Assembly (NCBI GenBank): GCA_016618385.1
Contig: JABFOP010000807.1
Location: 216,216-280,215, forward strand
DNA length: 64,000 nucleotides
Reading direction: 5' to 3'
From: Nymphon striatum
Lineage: Eukaryota
The position numbers and the translations under genes were made by a program. How positions within the stretch are numbered: the first letter of the stretch is position 1; every line of letters starts with the position of its first letter. This document shows positions 25,700-36,903 of this stretch, piece by piece. The notes beneath the pieces were generated by a model. That model searched no databases and had not been told where the DNA came from. It worked only from the letters and a program-made list of their open reading frames with translations.

Positions 25700-25929
25700 A
25701 GAAAAAAACCTCTCTCTAGAGTCTAGATCAATCGCCGCATTTAGTTGACGGCTGTGAGTGCGAGTCGTCGTTTGTTGATTTTTGTGTCGTGACGTGAGTA
25801 GCTTGGCAACTAACAGTCTGAAGAGAAGAGGGTGTGAGAAGTATTGCTGTTGGAAATTTTAATTGTACAAAGTGTTCACCTCTTTCTCCTTATCCAATTG
25901 TCTTACCGGTATTTTCAATCAACTGTCAG
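25700..25929 (+). promoter_or_regulatory. MVP: Candidate non-coding first exon/promoter of MVP: a CpG-containing block ending in a GT donor (..tcaactgtcag|gtataag)
   Basis: A local CpG-rich block (cgccgc, gacggctgtgagtgcgagtcgtcg, gtcgtgacgtgag with a CRE-like TGACGT) ending in a consensus donor. It lies 1.17 kb upstream of the ATG exon, which begins with an acceptor (ttttcag|acgattcaaaATG). Confidence 0.3.
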
Positions 25930-26514
25930 GTATAAGATTTAATGATTTTTTAAATGTATGTATTCAATTTACTATTTTAAAAAGTAATTGTTTCTTTGTG
26001 AAATAGCCATCCTAACTTGCACACTTTTTTCGAACCAGGCAGAAGTTTTCAACGCAAGCTTAGTTCTACAAACTGTCTTAAAGACCATGTTTTGCATAAA
26101 GTTTTCATATCAACATCATTATTCCGATAAATTATGTCTGTCCAGAAACTGCAGGGTCAGGACGGGTCAGGTTATCTTTTAGACCCTAATTGTCTTTTGT
26201 GGACAATATTTAGAAGTTTACGTAAACAAAAGTTGGCAAGCAGTATACTTTCATGTGATAATAACACACACAAAAGTATACATATAGCAGTGACAGATAT
26301 CGATATGTCGCTTTATTTCGGCATAGCAACGGAAAAAAATTACACTAATTGTAATTCCTATAGGGATTTTTATTCAATTTCCTATAGGATCCAATAGGAA
26401 ATTGGGCCAATTTCTAATTGGGATTCTAATTGGGACCAATTTGATATTTTCGTAAGGGAATATATATATATAGGTTTAAGGGCCTGACATAAATAGTTGT
26501 TTAGTTGTAAGCAG

Positions 26515-27000
26515 ACAAACATTCATCATCATCATTAATCTCCTCTCTTCTGCCTTTCAGCGTAGAGGGTCATTTTTGGACGAACCATTTCCAGTATTCT
26601 CTGTCCAGACTTTTTTTCTTTCCAAAGTCCTTTTCCATTGTCCATTGTATCCATCCATTTACTCTTCTGTTTGTTCTTTGAATCAATTAGGTTTGGGCGA
26701 GCAGGTGATTAACCTACCGCTCCGTAAGTGAATGGTGGGGCTGCCACCTTAAAGCAAGACACCTTGCCTGGTTTGATATGTGGGTTTTCCTTCCCTTAAT
26801 GCGCCTTAGTGAATTTAGCCAGTTGTCCTCACGGTCCCATGCCACGAGGAGGCATTCACTACAGACTTGAATAGCAGAGGTGTAAAGACTCCGTTTCTCT
26901 TACTTAAATTTCAGAGTCCCTTCACTGTCTTGTAGAGTGCACATACTACCCCTTATGGGACACAAACAGACTCAATTGCCATTTATGTAATAAATTGGAG
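26515..27000 (-). mobile_element. Decayed LINE 3' end, same family as 15826-16966 (catcatcatca start on the plus strand)
   Basis: The plus strand begins ttcatcatcatcattaatctcctctcttctgcc, similar in organisation to the 3' end of the LINE at 15826. No intact ORF. Confidence 0.25.
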
Positions 27001-27097
27001 AGTAAATTTCTAGAAATTTAATCCTGGAAATAGTAAATTGTTAATCAATATTTACCTATCATAATGAAGTTTTTTTTTTCTTTTCAGACGATTCAAA

Positions 27098-27240
27098 ATG
27101 AATGTAAAAAGACGAGATGCCGATGATGCAAGTATATTCAGAATTCCCCCTTACCACTTTATCCATGTCTTGGATCAAACATCAAATGTCACACGTATCG
27201 AAACAGGACCAAAAACTTTTATTAGACAAGAAAATGAAAA
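27098..27240 (+). CDS. MVP: MVP exon 1 (start codon; [47 protein letters not shown]..)
   Basis: Clear match to the major vault protein N-terminus ([34 protein letters not shown] in vertebrates). Donor gtatat. Anchored to track ORF 27117-27653. Confidence 0.85.
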
Positions 27241-27316
27241 GTATATTTCTTCAGATTATTTTGACTGAAATTACCTATTTTACAATTATATTAACATACC
27301 TCATTATTTTATATAG

Positions 27317-27633
27317 AGTTTTGTTTGGTCCTGATAAAATGATTATTGTTCCTCCTCATCATTATTGTGTGATTCAAAATCCTGTAGTTCGAAATGATAA
27401 AAGTGAAATTCAACTTGACTTTGTCGGACAAGTCAAACTGCAACATGCCGAATTGGAAATTCGCCTACCTCAAGACCCTTTCCCTCTTTACCCTGGTGAA
27501 GTTTTATCAAAGCCAGTTTCACCATTAAAAGTTGTAGCTACAAATTCAGCTCTTAGGCTGCGGGCAATTAGAGATTTTACTGATGGTGCTACTTCTAGAG
27601 TCGCTGGAGATGAATGGTTGTTTGAAGGTCCAG
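27317..27633 (+). CDS. MVP: MVP exon 2 ([23 protein letters not shown]...[10 protein letters not shown])
   Basis: First vault repeat (MVP shoulder/repeat domain). Phase matches exon 1. Anchored to the same track ORF. Confidence 0.9.
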
Positions 27634-27745
27634 GTAAAAATCTTGTTTTATGATAATCACTCTGCAATAATAATAATATTAAAGAATAAAAATAACCATC
27701 AAGTAGTTGTTTCTGTATCTAATAACTATTTTTACGTTGATTTAG

Positions 27746-27972
27746 GTACGTACATTCCACGAAAAGAGGTTGAGTTCGTTGAAAAAATTCGAGCCACAAC
27801 TATTCTTGTCAATCAAGCCCTCAAGCTTCGTGCTCAAATGGAACTGCAAGATCGTGATGGCAAAACCAGAGTTACTGGTGAAGAGTGGCTTGTTCGTCGA
27901 ACTGGGGCATACCTTCCTAGTGCTTATGAAGAAGTTGTTACTGTTGTTGATGCTTATGTTTTGACTGAGAAG
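27746..27972 (+). CDS. MVP: MVP exon 3 ([21 protein letters not shown]...[33 protein letters not shown])
   Basis: Anchored to track ORF 27583-27996. Conserved TGEEWLV and AYLP motifs. Confidence 0.9.
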
Positions 27973-28377
27973 GTAGCAAATGAGACACTATATTAATTTT
28001 ATTTATTCTTATCTATGAAGTAGATCATTTTCTAATGATAAAGGAATACCTTTTTATTTAAGGAATAATTCCTAACACGCACCGTCATTTTGGTGGTCAA
28101 ATTATGTGAATTAAATGAAGCATTAGTTTACAAATCAAATCAGTCATATCATCAAAATTTAGTAAAATTCAATCTTAACTGACCTGAACAGACAAGAGGT
28201 TTCTCTGTTTACAGTTGCAAGGCACCTAATGTTAAGGCAAGGAGACAGAATCTAACAAAGCTTTGATTATAGATAATAACAGGAACTTATGAAATTATGT
28301 TGAAGAAATATTTATCCAGTAATGCACCAATAGAATATTTTCGGATATTGAAAATAATTGTGAATTCCTTTAGGTCA

Positions 28378-28735
28378 AAAAAAAAAAGGCTGTGTTTCCG
28401 GTAACGGTCTTGACAGACGGGAGGGTCGTTAGGTCGATTTTTTTTTTTTCTTTTTTTTTTTTTTTTTATTAACTAGAAATTATATAACCCACCAATCATA
28501 CCATTTACTTCATTTGAAGGGCTATCTACATTTGATTCAAAGAAATACAAGTGTTTAAATCATTTAATTTAGACAAACATCATAGAGAATTTTAGGAGGT
28601 AGTTTTGTGACGTTTTTTCTTTACCATTTCATGCATTTTACTATGTTTTTCCCGAATCATCATAAAAACATTTCAGTCGGCGGTAAAATTACACGGTCGG
28701 TCGGGTTACCGGAAACACAACATTTTTTTTTTTGG
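28378..28735. mobile_element. MITE family B, copy 2 (in MVP intron 3)
   Basis: Same GGCC(A)n..(T)nGGCC inverted termini and internal sequence as the copy at 17832-18202. Confidence 0.75.
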
Positions 28736-28799
28736 CCTTAATAGCAATGCTAATTTCTTTTTTCTGTTTTTTTAAAAGCTTTATTGCACTAAGCTCATG

Positions 28800-29260
28800 A
28801 AAATAGTTTATGGCAAGCTGGAGGCCGTGTCAATTCGACTGTATGCAGTGCTTCTCTGATAAAACTACAAACCATGGTGGGCAAGTTATATTTCTCACAC
28901 TGCAGCCAAGAATTTGCATATATATATATACCTCGCAGGCCATCCACTCACCCAAACCTTCGACCCTACTCCTGTTCAAATAGTGAGGTGTGTTCATTAA
29001 TGAGCAGAGGATCTCTTCTACACAGGACCTCCATAACGTCGTAACCATGGGACGGATAATTTTTTCTCTAAAACCAGCCTGCATCTAGCATAAGAGAGGA
29101 AAGCACGAGAATACACAACGTCAATTGTGGAAAAAAATTTTAGTCACAGAGACAGAAAGTGCCTGCAAGCGAAGCGAGCCGGGAGCTTGCCCCGGGGGTT
29201 TTTGTTTATAGCCACGCCCTTCTGTACACTATTAACAATGCCCATTTTTAGATCCGAGCA
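28800..29260. repeat. Interspersed repeat family R, copy 1 (a related copy lies at 42672-42830)
   Basis: About 110 bp shared between the copies (tggcaaSSTGGAGGCYGTRTCAATYC..TGCAGTGCTTCTCT..AAAACTACAARCCATGGTGGGC). The short minus-strand ORFs 28830-29084 and 42706-42891 are similar to each other (..PPW.VVL.EKHCIQ..). Confidence 0.5.
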
Positions 29261-29400
29261 CCTTTTTCAATTTAGGAAAATGCTGCTTGATTAGACTTTA
29301 TGATACATCTAAGTTAATTTTACAAGTTTTACAGATTTTGTTTCCTATTCTACCTTACTTCACAAATTCTCAAAATATTTTTTATCGATTTAAATTACAG

Positions 29401-29637
29401 GAAGCCATTCATGTTCGAGCTACCAGATCATTTACGGATATTCTTGGAAAATCTCATAAAAATGGCGAAGAATGGTTAGTATCATTGGCTGATACTGAGA
29501 CATACATACCTGATGTTTACGAAGAGGTTGTTGGAGTAATTAATATAACTACTCTCACCAACAGAGAATATTGTGTCATTCTGAATCCATGTGATGCTGG
29601 TGGAAAGCCTCAGTTAGGACAGAAAAAATTGGTTGAG
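29401..29637 (+). CDS. MVP: MVP exon 4 (EAIHVRATRSFTD...NGEEWLVSLADTETYIPDVYEEVVGVINITTL..YCVILNP..GKPQLGQKKLVE)
   Basis: Anchored to track ORF 29287-29664. Conserved YCVILDP and NQLGQKR motifs of MVP. Confidence 0.9.
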
Positions 29638-29865
29638 GTAAATTTAATGATCCAATATACCTAAAGTTACCTGTTAAATGCTTAACTTGACCATGAGGTC
29701 AAACAACTTCTTTTTTCTTTTTCTTATTTTATTTTTTATTTTTTTTTTTATGTGAAGATAATAGAATACTCACTCTTCTTTCATTAAATGTTTCAAAATG
29801 AAATGATGCTCTACTCTGTATAGATAGATATCAAAATCAAAATTATTTTTGTTTAAAGGGATACT

Positions 29866-30427
29866 TTATTCATCGAGTGTACGAAAAAAAAAATTCCAAT
29901 CCATAGTACATATATCAAACAAAAATTCCGGATTTTAAATAAATTTTTCTAGTTCATTTAATTTTTTTAAACGCATTTTAAAATCACCTACGTTGGAGCT
30001 GCCATTTTGATCAGTCACATGACATAGCGAGTGCTCAATCTTACACCGAGATGACTCTCGTTTATATAGATTTATCAAGTTGTGATGATTCTTTTAATTT
30101 TTATGCACATGGATTCGATTCGAGTCGAGGAGGAAGGTAGATGATGGTGATCAGCCTGGTGTTTCGTGAATTGTGTTTCTGTTATTTAGAGTAGACTTGT
30201 TTTCGGAAAAACCACTGATAGCAACACGTACCTATTCATTACTACTTGCTACCATCAGCACACGCTCCGTCACTAATGGCTGCACTCATTCAAATTAATG
30301 TTTTATCAATTAAAACAATAGAAAACGGTTGTATGAGTGAAAAAATTTCAGGATATGCTTAACTCGCCCTGTTCTATCATTTGAGCGATTTTTCAAAATG
30401 AGTAACAATGAGTGGAGTATCCCTTTA
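29866..30427. mobile_element. TIR element (about 560 bp) with AAAGGGATACT termini (in MVP intron 4)
   Basis: tttaaagggatactttattc..gagtggagtatccctttaatc seen directly. Confidence 0.4.
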
Positions 30428-30512
30428 ATCATAACCATTACTATGTAGAGCTAATTTTTTCGGTCATATTAAACTTGAGAATATAAAGTGTAGAATCTGA
30501 TACATATGTAAC

Positions 30513-30823
30513 CAGTGCTCACGCTGTCAGTCGACATTATCGCCATCTGCGATAATTTTATGAGTTTGGCGATTATTTTAAAGTATTAGCTACAAAAAAT
30601 GGCGATTATTTAATTTTTCTATAAAATATAAAAATTCAAAAAAATATCGACTAAAACACAAAATCTTTTGGTTACAGTCATATGGACCATTTTCCAAAGG
30701 TTATTATTTTTTTTATTTATCAAATTATACATGTTAATGCGACAACACGCAAACTTTGGCTAATTATTTTGTTTTCATGAAAAATATGTGGCTATTATTT
30801 ATAAACTGCCAGTGTGAGCACTG
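30513..30823. mobile_element. hAT-like MITE (311 bp) with terminal inverted repeat CAGTGCTCACRCTG, flanked by a TGTAAC direct repeat
   Basis: Termini cagtgctcacgctg and cagtgtgagcactg. The flanks read tgtaac|element|tgtaac (30507-30512 and 30824-30829). Confidence 0.55.
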
Positions 30824-30931
30824 TGTAACTAGTAATTGAGATTTGGGGGGGGGAGCAAAAGTTTTTTTAAATTTTTAATATCTTAAAGTAAATATTTTGG
30901 TTATTTTTTTTATTATTTTACTATTTTTTAG

Positions 30932-31063
30932 GGAGAAAAATCTTTTTTTTTGCTGCCTGGAGAAGAATTGGAACAAGGTATTAGATCTGTGTATGTTCTC
31001 AGTGAAACCGAGGGACTTATTTTAAGAGCATCACAAGCATTTAATGATGATAATGTAACATCA
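30932..31063 (+). CDS. MVP: MVP exon 5 ([44 protein letters not shown])
   Basis: Anchored to track ORF 30950-31369. GEKSFFL.PGE.LEQGI is the conserved MVP block. Confidence 0.9.
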
Positions 31064-31144
31064 GTAAGTATTATTGTCTGGATTTTATTTATTTATCTAT
31101 TTACTCATTTTAAAATTAATATTTTACCTCTCCTGTTTTTACAG

Positions 31145-31294
31145 AAAGTAAGAAGGTCACCTGGTGATACATGGATGATTAGAGGGCCTTGTGACTACAT
31201 CCCACCTATTGAAGTTGAGGTGTTATCTCAAAGAGATGCTATTCCATTAGATGATACTGAAGGTATCTATGTTCAAGATGTCAAAAGTGGAAAG
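31145..31294 (+). CDS. MVP: MVP exon 6 ([50 protein letters not shown]), followed by a GC donor
   Basis: Conserved WLIRGP..Y.P...[26 protein letters not shown]. The exon must end after GGAAAG to keep frame with exon 7, and the following bases are GCAAGC, indicating a GC-AG intron. Confidence 0.8.
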
Positions 31295-31446
31295 GCAAGC
31301 TTATACTATTATTATACTGTTTTTAAACCTTATTTTAGCCATTACATATTTTCAAAAAGTGTTTGCTAAGACTATTACTTTTTATTCAACTTACTATATA
31401 CATTTTTTAAATACATCATTAATATTATCCAATTCATTTTTAACAG

Positions 31447-31688
31447 ATAAGAGCAGTATGTGGTGAGACCTACATGCTTACTCAAGATGAAGAGTTATGG
31501 TCAAAGCCCCTTCCACCAGTAGTTGAAGAACTGCTTCAGCAAAATAGGGACCCTTTGAGTGATAGAGGTACTCGGAAAATTACTCCTTCTAGTGAAACAG
31601 AAAAGCGAGATAAAACTTATGTGGTGACATTCCGTGTTCCCCACAATGCAGTTGTTCAAATTTATGATTACAAAGAAAAAAAAGCAAG
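31447..31688 (+). CDS. MVP: MVP exon 7 (IRAVCGETYMLTQDEELWSKPLPPVVEELL...VPHNAVVQIYDYKEKKAR)
   Basis: Anchored to track ORF 31474-31737. Conserved YMLTQDE.LWEKELP and VPHNAAVQVYDY.EKRAR. Confidence 0.9.
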
Positions 31689-31902
31689 GTATTATTTTTT
31701 TCTATTAATAATTAATAATATGTGGAAATCTGAATGATATAACTATAAAATTTTGGGACAGAATCAATTTAAAATTTTGGAGACATGTTCATGTTTCTGT
31801 TTGTCATAATAAATGTTTTGGTGTATGAAGAAATTTAAGAAAAGATTGTAGCGACTAATATGTTTTGTGAATCTATCGTGGAAAAGTTTGATCTTGTAAA
31901 GG

Positions 31903-32513
31903 TAAGAGGTAAGAGGGCGCGGTGGCTCAGTGGTTAAGATCGCTATTCTGGGCCTGAAGAACCCAGGTTTGAATCTGACTCCAACCCCACCACTTTTTCA
32001 CCGTTTACGTTGTGTATTATCGTGCTCTCCTCTCTAATATCATACGTAGGCCGATTTTAGAGAGAAAATACTCCGTCCCTCGGATAGGACGTTAAATGGA
32101 GGTCCCGTGTAAAGGAGAGTCACACCCTATGCACGTTAAAGAACACACTTCACTATTTGAATAAAGAGTAGGGTGATCCCGGTGAAGTGTAGCACCTGCG
32201 AGAATGTGAAGGTCAGGTCAGGTCCCACCTGCTACTGGTACCATGTAAACCAGTACTACCTGTCTCATGGTCGGCGACTAAACCGGCTCCCCCACTTGGT
32301 TACCTTGGTGACCTAGTGAGGAGGGTGTGTGGTCACCCCGCAGGACTAAAAACAAGACCTGTCAAAGGGCAGATGAGCTCCTAGCGAGCCAACGGCCATC
32401 CATATCCGGAGAGGGGTTGGAAACCACCGGATTACTTCCACTGAAACACAATGATGAATACTCATCAAAGTGCCCCAACGGCCAACAGGCTACGGGAGTG
32501 AACTGAACTGACT
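31903..32513 (+). mobile_element. tRNA-derived SINE (about 610 bp) with a 3' tail ..CTACGGGAGTGAACTGAACTGAC, in MVP intron 7
   Basis: The 5' head gggcgcggtggctcagtggttaagatcgct...ggtttgaatc carries A-box and B-box-like motifs. The 3' end is shared with the RTE-like LINE at 15047-15062. Flanked by direct repeats of about 55 bp at 31848-31902 and 32514-32568. Confidence 0.65.
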
Positions 32514-32937
32514 GTAGCGACTAATATGTTTTGTGAATCTGTCGTGGAAAAGTTTGTTCTTGTAAAGACGTTTTGTTACTTGAAGAATACCTAAAAGATT
32601 GAAAAATTCTACTTTGTTTTATCAAACATTCGTTATTCACTTTACCTTTACTGAAATATGTTTATAAATTTCTTAGTTACCCATCAAACCTGCTTAAACA
32701 AGGCGAGTTTGTTTCCTTATCATGAATTAATTGATTACGTTCCCCACCAATTTTGAAGTGTGTGAAACTCGCATGCATGTCAAACAGATGCCTATTTTTT
32801 TTTTTGTATGTATGTATGTAGGGATGCCAGGTCCAAATAGCATTGTATGTACAAAAAAGTAGTAAGTTCACATTCATTGGCATCCCTACATAGTCTTTTT
32901 ATTTAGAGTAAATTTGTTTGCGTAATTTTTCTTGTTT

Positions 32938-33677
32938 TATAATAGAGTGCCAAAGTGTGACGTCACGTTTCAGGCCTGGCAAGACATTATCATCCCGGCT
33001 GTTTTCTCATAGGAGATTTTTACTTGATCTTTCTTTCGTTATTTCCACCGAAATTTCGCACAGTTTTGTTGGTAATAGTTTATTTTTGTTATTTTTTGTT
33101 ATTTTTGAATACGAAAATGTGTCATTTTATTTCTTTTTCATTCGTTGTTTGCCTCGCAAACTTCAAATAGCTAAGTAAGTCGTCTGAGAGACCGGCTATA
33201 TTATAGTATATACAAGTATGGGTCAGTGTTTCGCACCTGACTGACATAAAATCACATAAGGCATTTTACAGAAATAAGAAATTGACATTTTTCTATAGAA
33301 TACTAATTAACCACAATAAAAAAACATTGTAATTAATCATAAATGAGAACAAAAATATTTGATTGATGTTTGCAGTCAGGAGCGAAACACTGATCCATAC
33401 TTGACGAGAGACCGGCTGCATACTAGCTGTTCTCTCGAACCACTTAATTAGCTATTTGAAGTTTGCGAGGCAAACAACAAATGAAAAAGCAATAAAATGA
33501 CACATTTTCGTATTCAAAAATAACAAAAATAAACTATTACCAACAAAACTGTGCGAAATTTCGGTGGAAATAACGAAAGAAAGATCAACTAAAAATCTCC
33601 TATGAGAAAACAGCCGGGATGAAAATTTGATGCGGTCCAGGCCTGAAACGTGACATCAGCACTTTGCCACTCTATTA
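32938..33677. mobile_element. Foldback element family F1, copy 1 (about 740 bp near-perfect palindrome; arms of about 300 bp) in MVP intron 7
   Basis: tagagtgccaaagtgtgacgtcacgtttcaggcctgg... mirrored by ...ccaggcctgaaacgtgacatcagcactttgccactcta. The second copy lies at 47238-47903. Confidence 0.75.
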
Positions 33678-33741
33678 GTATCAACTTTTGCAATGTGAAC
33701 ATGTGAACATTTTCTTATTCTCATCTCCGTTTCTCTCTTAG

Positions 33742-33939
33742 GTTTATATTTGGTCCTGATTTGGTAATGTTGGGTCCAAGTGAGCAGTTTACTAAACTCA
33801 GCTTATCTGGAGGAAAGCCAAAGAGACCAAATGTTATCAAGGCTCTAGCCTTGTTGTTGGGACCAGATTTCTGCACAGATATTGTTATTGTTGAAACTGC
33901 TGATCATGCTAGGCTTCAATTGCAATTGTCTTATAACTG
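33742..33939 (+). CDS. MVP: MVP exon 8 ([66 protein letters not shown])
   Basis: Anchored to track ORF 33761-33943. Near-identical to the vertebrate block [30 protein letters not shown]. Confidence 0.9.
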
Positions 33940-34036
33940 GTAATTAATGTTTTCTTCATTTACCAATCTTTTCAGCCTTAGATCTCAAGTGTCAAGATGT
34001 AAATTATCCTTATAAACAACATATTTGAATCATCAG

Positions 34037-34178
34037 GTACTTTGAAGTTAAAGATCACAATGCAGAAACTGCTGCTAAATTATTCAGTGTACCAGATTTT
34101 ATTGGTGATGCATGCAAAGCAATTGCATCCCGTATCAGAGGCGCTGTTGCTAGTGTTCAATTTGATGACTTTCACAAA
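34037..34178 (+). CDS. MVP: MVP exon 9 ([47 protein letters not shown])
   Basis: Matches [34 protein letters not shown]. Acceptor cag, donor gtttgt; coordinates read from the sequence. Confidence 0.85.
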
Positions 34179-34265
34179 GTTTGTTCCCTAACATTTATTT
34201 TATTTTCTCTATTTTCATTACATTAATGAAGATATATATATATTTATTATATTCTGTTTTCCCAG

Positions 34266-34477
34266 AATTCTGCCAAAATTATCCGTGCTTCTGTTTTTGG
34301 ATACGATGAAAGTTCCAAGATCCGATCATCTTTTACCTTTAAACAAAATGGTTTAACCATCACAAGCGTTGATATCCAATCTGTCGAACCTGTTGATCAA
34401 AGAACCAGAGACTCTTTGCAAAAATCTGTGCAGCTTGCAATTGAAATCACTACAAATTCTCAGGAAGCAGCTGCAAA
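34266..34477 (+). CDS. MVP: MVP exon 10 ([18 protein letters not shown]...[37 protein letters not shown])
   Basis: Matches [38 protein letters not shown]. Phase-2 donor gtaatt. Confidence 0.85.
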
Positions 34478-34706
34478 GTAATTACCATCAATGTCTTAAT
34501 TTAGCATGTGCTTGAATGTTTAAAAAAAAGTAGAGTGTGATGTTTTAGTGTAATGTGAGGGGAACGATAATTCCTAAAGATTCACTTTTTATGGTTGGAT
34601 TCAAAGTTAGCAAAACATTTATGAGAATTGTAAATCTGTTTTTTAAGTAATTTTGATACTTTTTCATCATCAGTAGCCTCATGTTTTATCATCAAATACT
34701 TTTCAG

Positions 34707-34950
34707 GCATGAAGCAGATCGAATTGAACAAGAAGCAAAAGGTAGACTTGAACGTCAGAAAATTACTGATGAGGTTGAAGCAGAAAGAGCACGCAAACAA
34801 CTGTTGGAGTTGCAGGCAGCTTCCGCGGCTGTTGAAAGTTGTGGTCAGGCAACAGCTGAAGCTTCAAGTCGAGCCAGTGCTGCCAAAATTGAAGGTGAAG
34901 CAGCTGTGGCCCAAGCTAGATTAAGAGCAGAAGCAGCTGTTATTGAGGCT
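34707..34950 (+). CDS. MVP: MVP exon 11 ([44 protein letters not shown]...[12 protein letters not shown]), cap-helix region
   Basis: Anchored to track ORF 34681-35004. Matches [37 protein letters not shown]. Confidence 0.9.
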
Positions 34951-35055
34951 GTGAGTTACTTTTTGTTTTCCATTGAAATTCTTCACTTTTCTATTATTTT
35001 ATGAAATTTTCATAAAATGTATTCTTTTTTTTTTTTTTTATTCTTATGAATATAG

Positions 35056-35244
35056 GAATCTGAATTGAATAGGCTGACCAATGCTCGTGAAGCTGAAATA
35101 AAATATTTAAAGGATCAGAATGAGCTTGAAGTTACCAAGAGTACAGAGTTAATGGATTTGGAAGTAAAAAAATTTGAAAAAATGGTCAGTGCTCTTGGAT
35201 CTGATACCATCAAAGCAATGGCAATTGCTGGTCCAGAGATGCAG
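35056..35244 (+). CDS. MVP: MVP exon 12 (ESELNRLTNAREAEIKYLKDQNELEV...IKAMAIAGPEMQ)
   Basis: Anchored to track ORF 35065-35286. Matches IRDLAVAGPEMQ. Confidence 0.9.
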
Positions 35245-35699
35245 GTAAAATATATTTTCCATACTAAATGTGTAACCTTTGATTAGTTTTTAATTATCAA
35301 ATATTATGAATGCTATAGAAATTAAGCATGCATTATTCAAATTATTTATTTGTAATATACCATAAAAAGTAAGCCAAACTTCAACAACTGAAATTTAATT
35401 TTACAAACGAATTTTAAAACTTTAAATATATTTTAATAATAATATTTTTTGAATATAAAATGTGCATATACTTACTTTTTAATTTTAATGACTTTCGTCT
35501 TTTATTTCCCGTTCAAAAAAGCAGATGATATTATGATTGAAAACAAAATTAAAAGTTGTAATTTCTATAAAAATGACGTTTAGTAAAGAAAAATCTTCAC
35601 ATGATAAAAGGTTTGCAGGAATCCAAGAACTACAGCAGCCGTCAATTTGATGAGAATTTCTGGAAAAACATTGGACCTGAAGCGGATTAGATAAATTGC

Positions 35700-36650
35700 T
35701 CAGAAAAATTAGAGTGACAGGATGAGTCGATCGCGTCATTGGTAGTGGCAGACGAAGGTCATCGCGCACTGAATAAAACGTTGGCCTTGTTGGAGATCTT
35801 ATTCTGAATCAAGAAGATGCTCCGAATACTCACAGGTCAACACGTCAACTATCCAGAGAAACCGGAATTCATCGGTCCAGTGTTGTTCAAATAATTCATA
35901 AAGATTTTCAACTCAAGTGCCTTAAAAAGAAGCTAGCATATGAATTGACAGAAGTTAATCGGCTGACACGTTTGAACAGATCAAGACAGCTGTTAAGAAA
36001 ATATCCTCGTCATATGGTTAAGTTCATCTTTTTTATTGATAAGAAGTTGTTCACCGTTGCACGACCAAGTAACACGCAGAATGATTGCCTATATGTCACG
36101 CGTGGCACTAAGAAAAGACAGGTTGCTTCAAACCGACTTTTGCGTATGTTTTCCCATTTCAGCAAGTCTATTATAATTATGGTTTCGATGCTTGGTCGTT
36201 CACATTTAGTCTTCATTGATCCTGGAGTAAAAGTCAACGGCGCCTATTATCGCGACGTTCTGCTGTCACAACATTTTCTACCTGTTATCAGGAATCTGGC
36301 CCCCGAAGTTTTTTTTTTGTTTTTCAACAGGACAGTGCGCCTTCCCACAGAGCCAGAGAAACCATCAAAATGCTAACAAGAGAGATACCAGACTGCATTC
36401 CTCCCACATTATGGCCTCCGAACAGTCCAGATTTGAATCCTGTTGATTATTAAATGTGGAGCGTGATGCAAGAGCGAGTCTTCCAGACAGCAATTCATGA
36501 TGAACTATCTCAAGCAACACTTGTTGGAAGTGTGGTCGGCTCTGGATCAGAAGATTATCGACAATGCTGTTGCCCAATGGCGGCAGCAGAAGGAGGACAT
36601 TTTGAACATCTTATTTAATTAAATAATCAAACCACATTACTGGGAAATTT
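35700..36650 (+). mobile_element. Mariner/Tc1-like transposon remnant (transposase pseudogene with frameshifts and stops) in MVP intron 12
   Basis: ORF 35945-36376 plus adjacent frames encode HTH- and DDE-region motifs: FQQDSAPSHRA, WPPNSPDLNPVDY, VIDNAVAQWRQ...GGHFEH. The reading frame is disrupted and element ends were not resolved. Confidence 0.65.
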
Positions 36651-36903
36651 CTTCCCAAATTTCTTCCCAAAAATATTAAAGACTATTTTCATGTAAAAGG
36701 TACTTTGTTACAAAATCTAAAAAAAACTGTTTCTAAAATTAAATTTTGGTAGTTGAAGTTGGGTTTACTTTTTATTGAACCACGGTGTATGTCTTATGTA
36801 TGAATTGCAGATTTAATAAGAATGGAAAGAAATTTATTCAAAATCTTTTCAATATTTTTGATATTTTTTTCATCCTACCATCGTTTCATTTTTTACACCA
36901 TAG

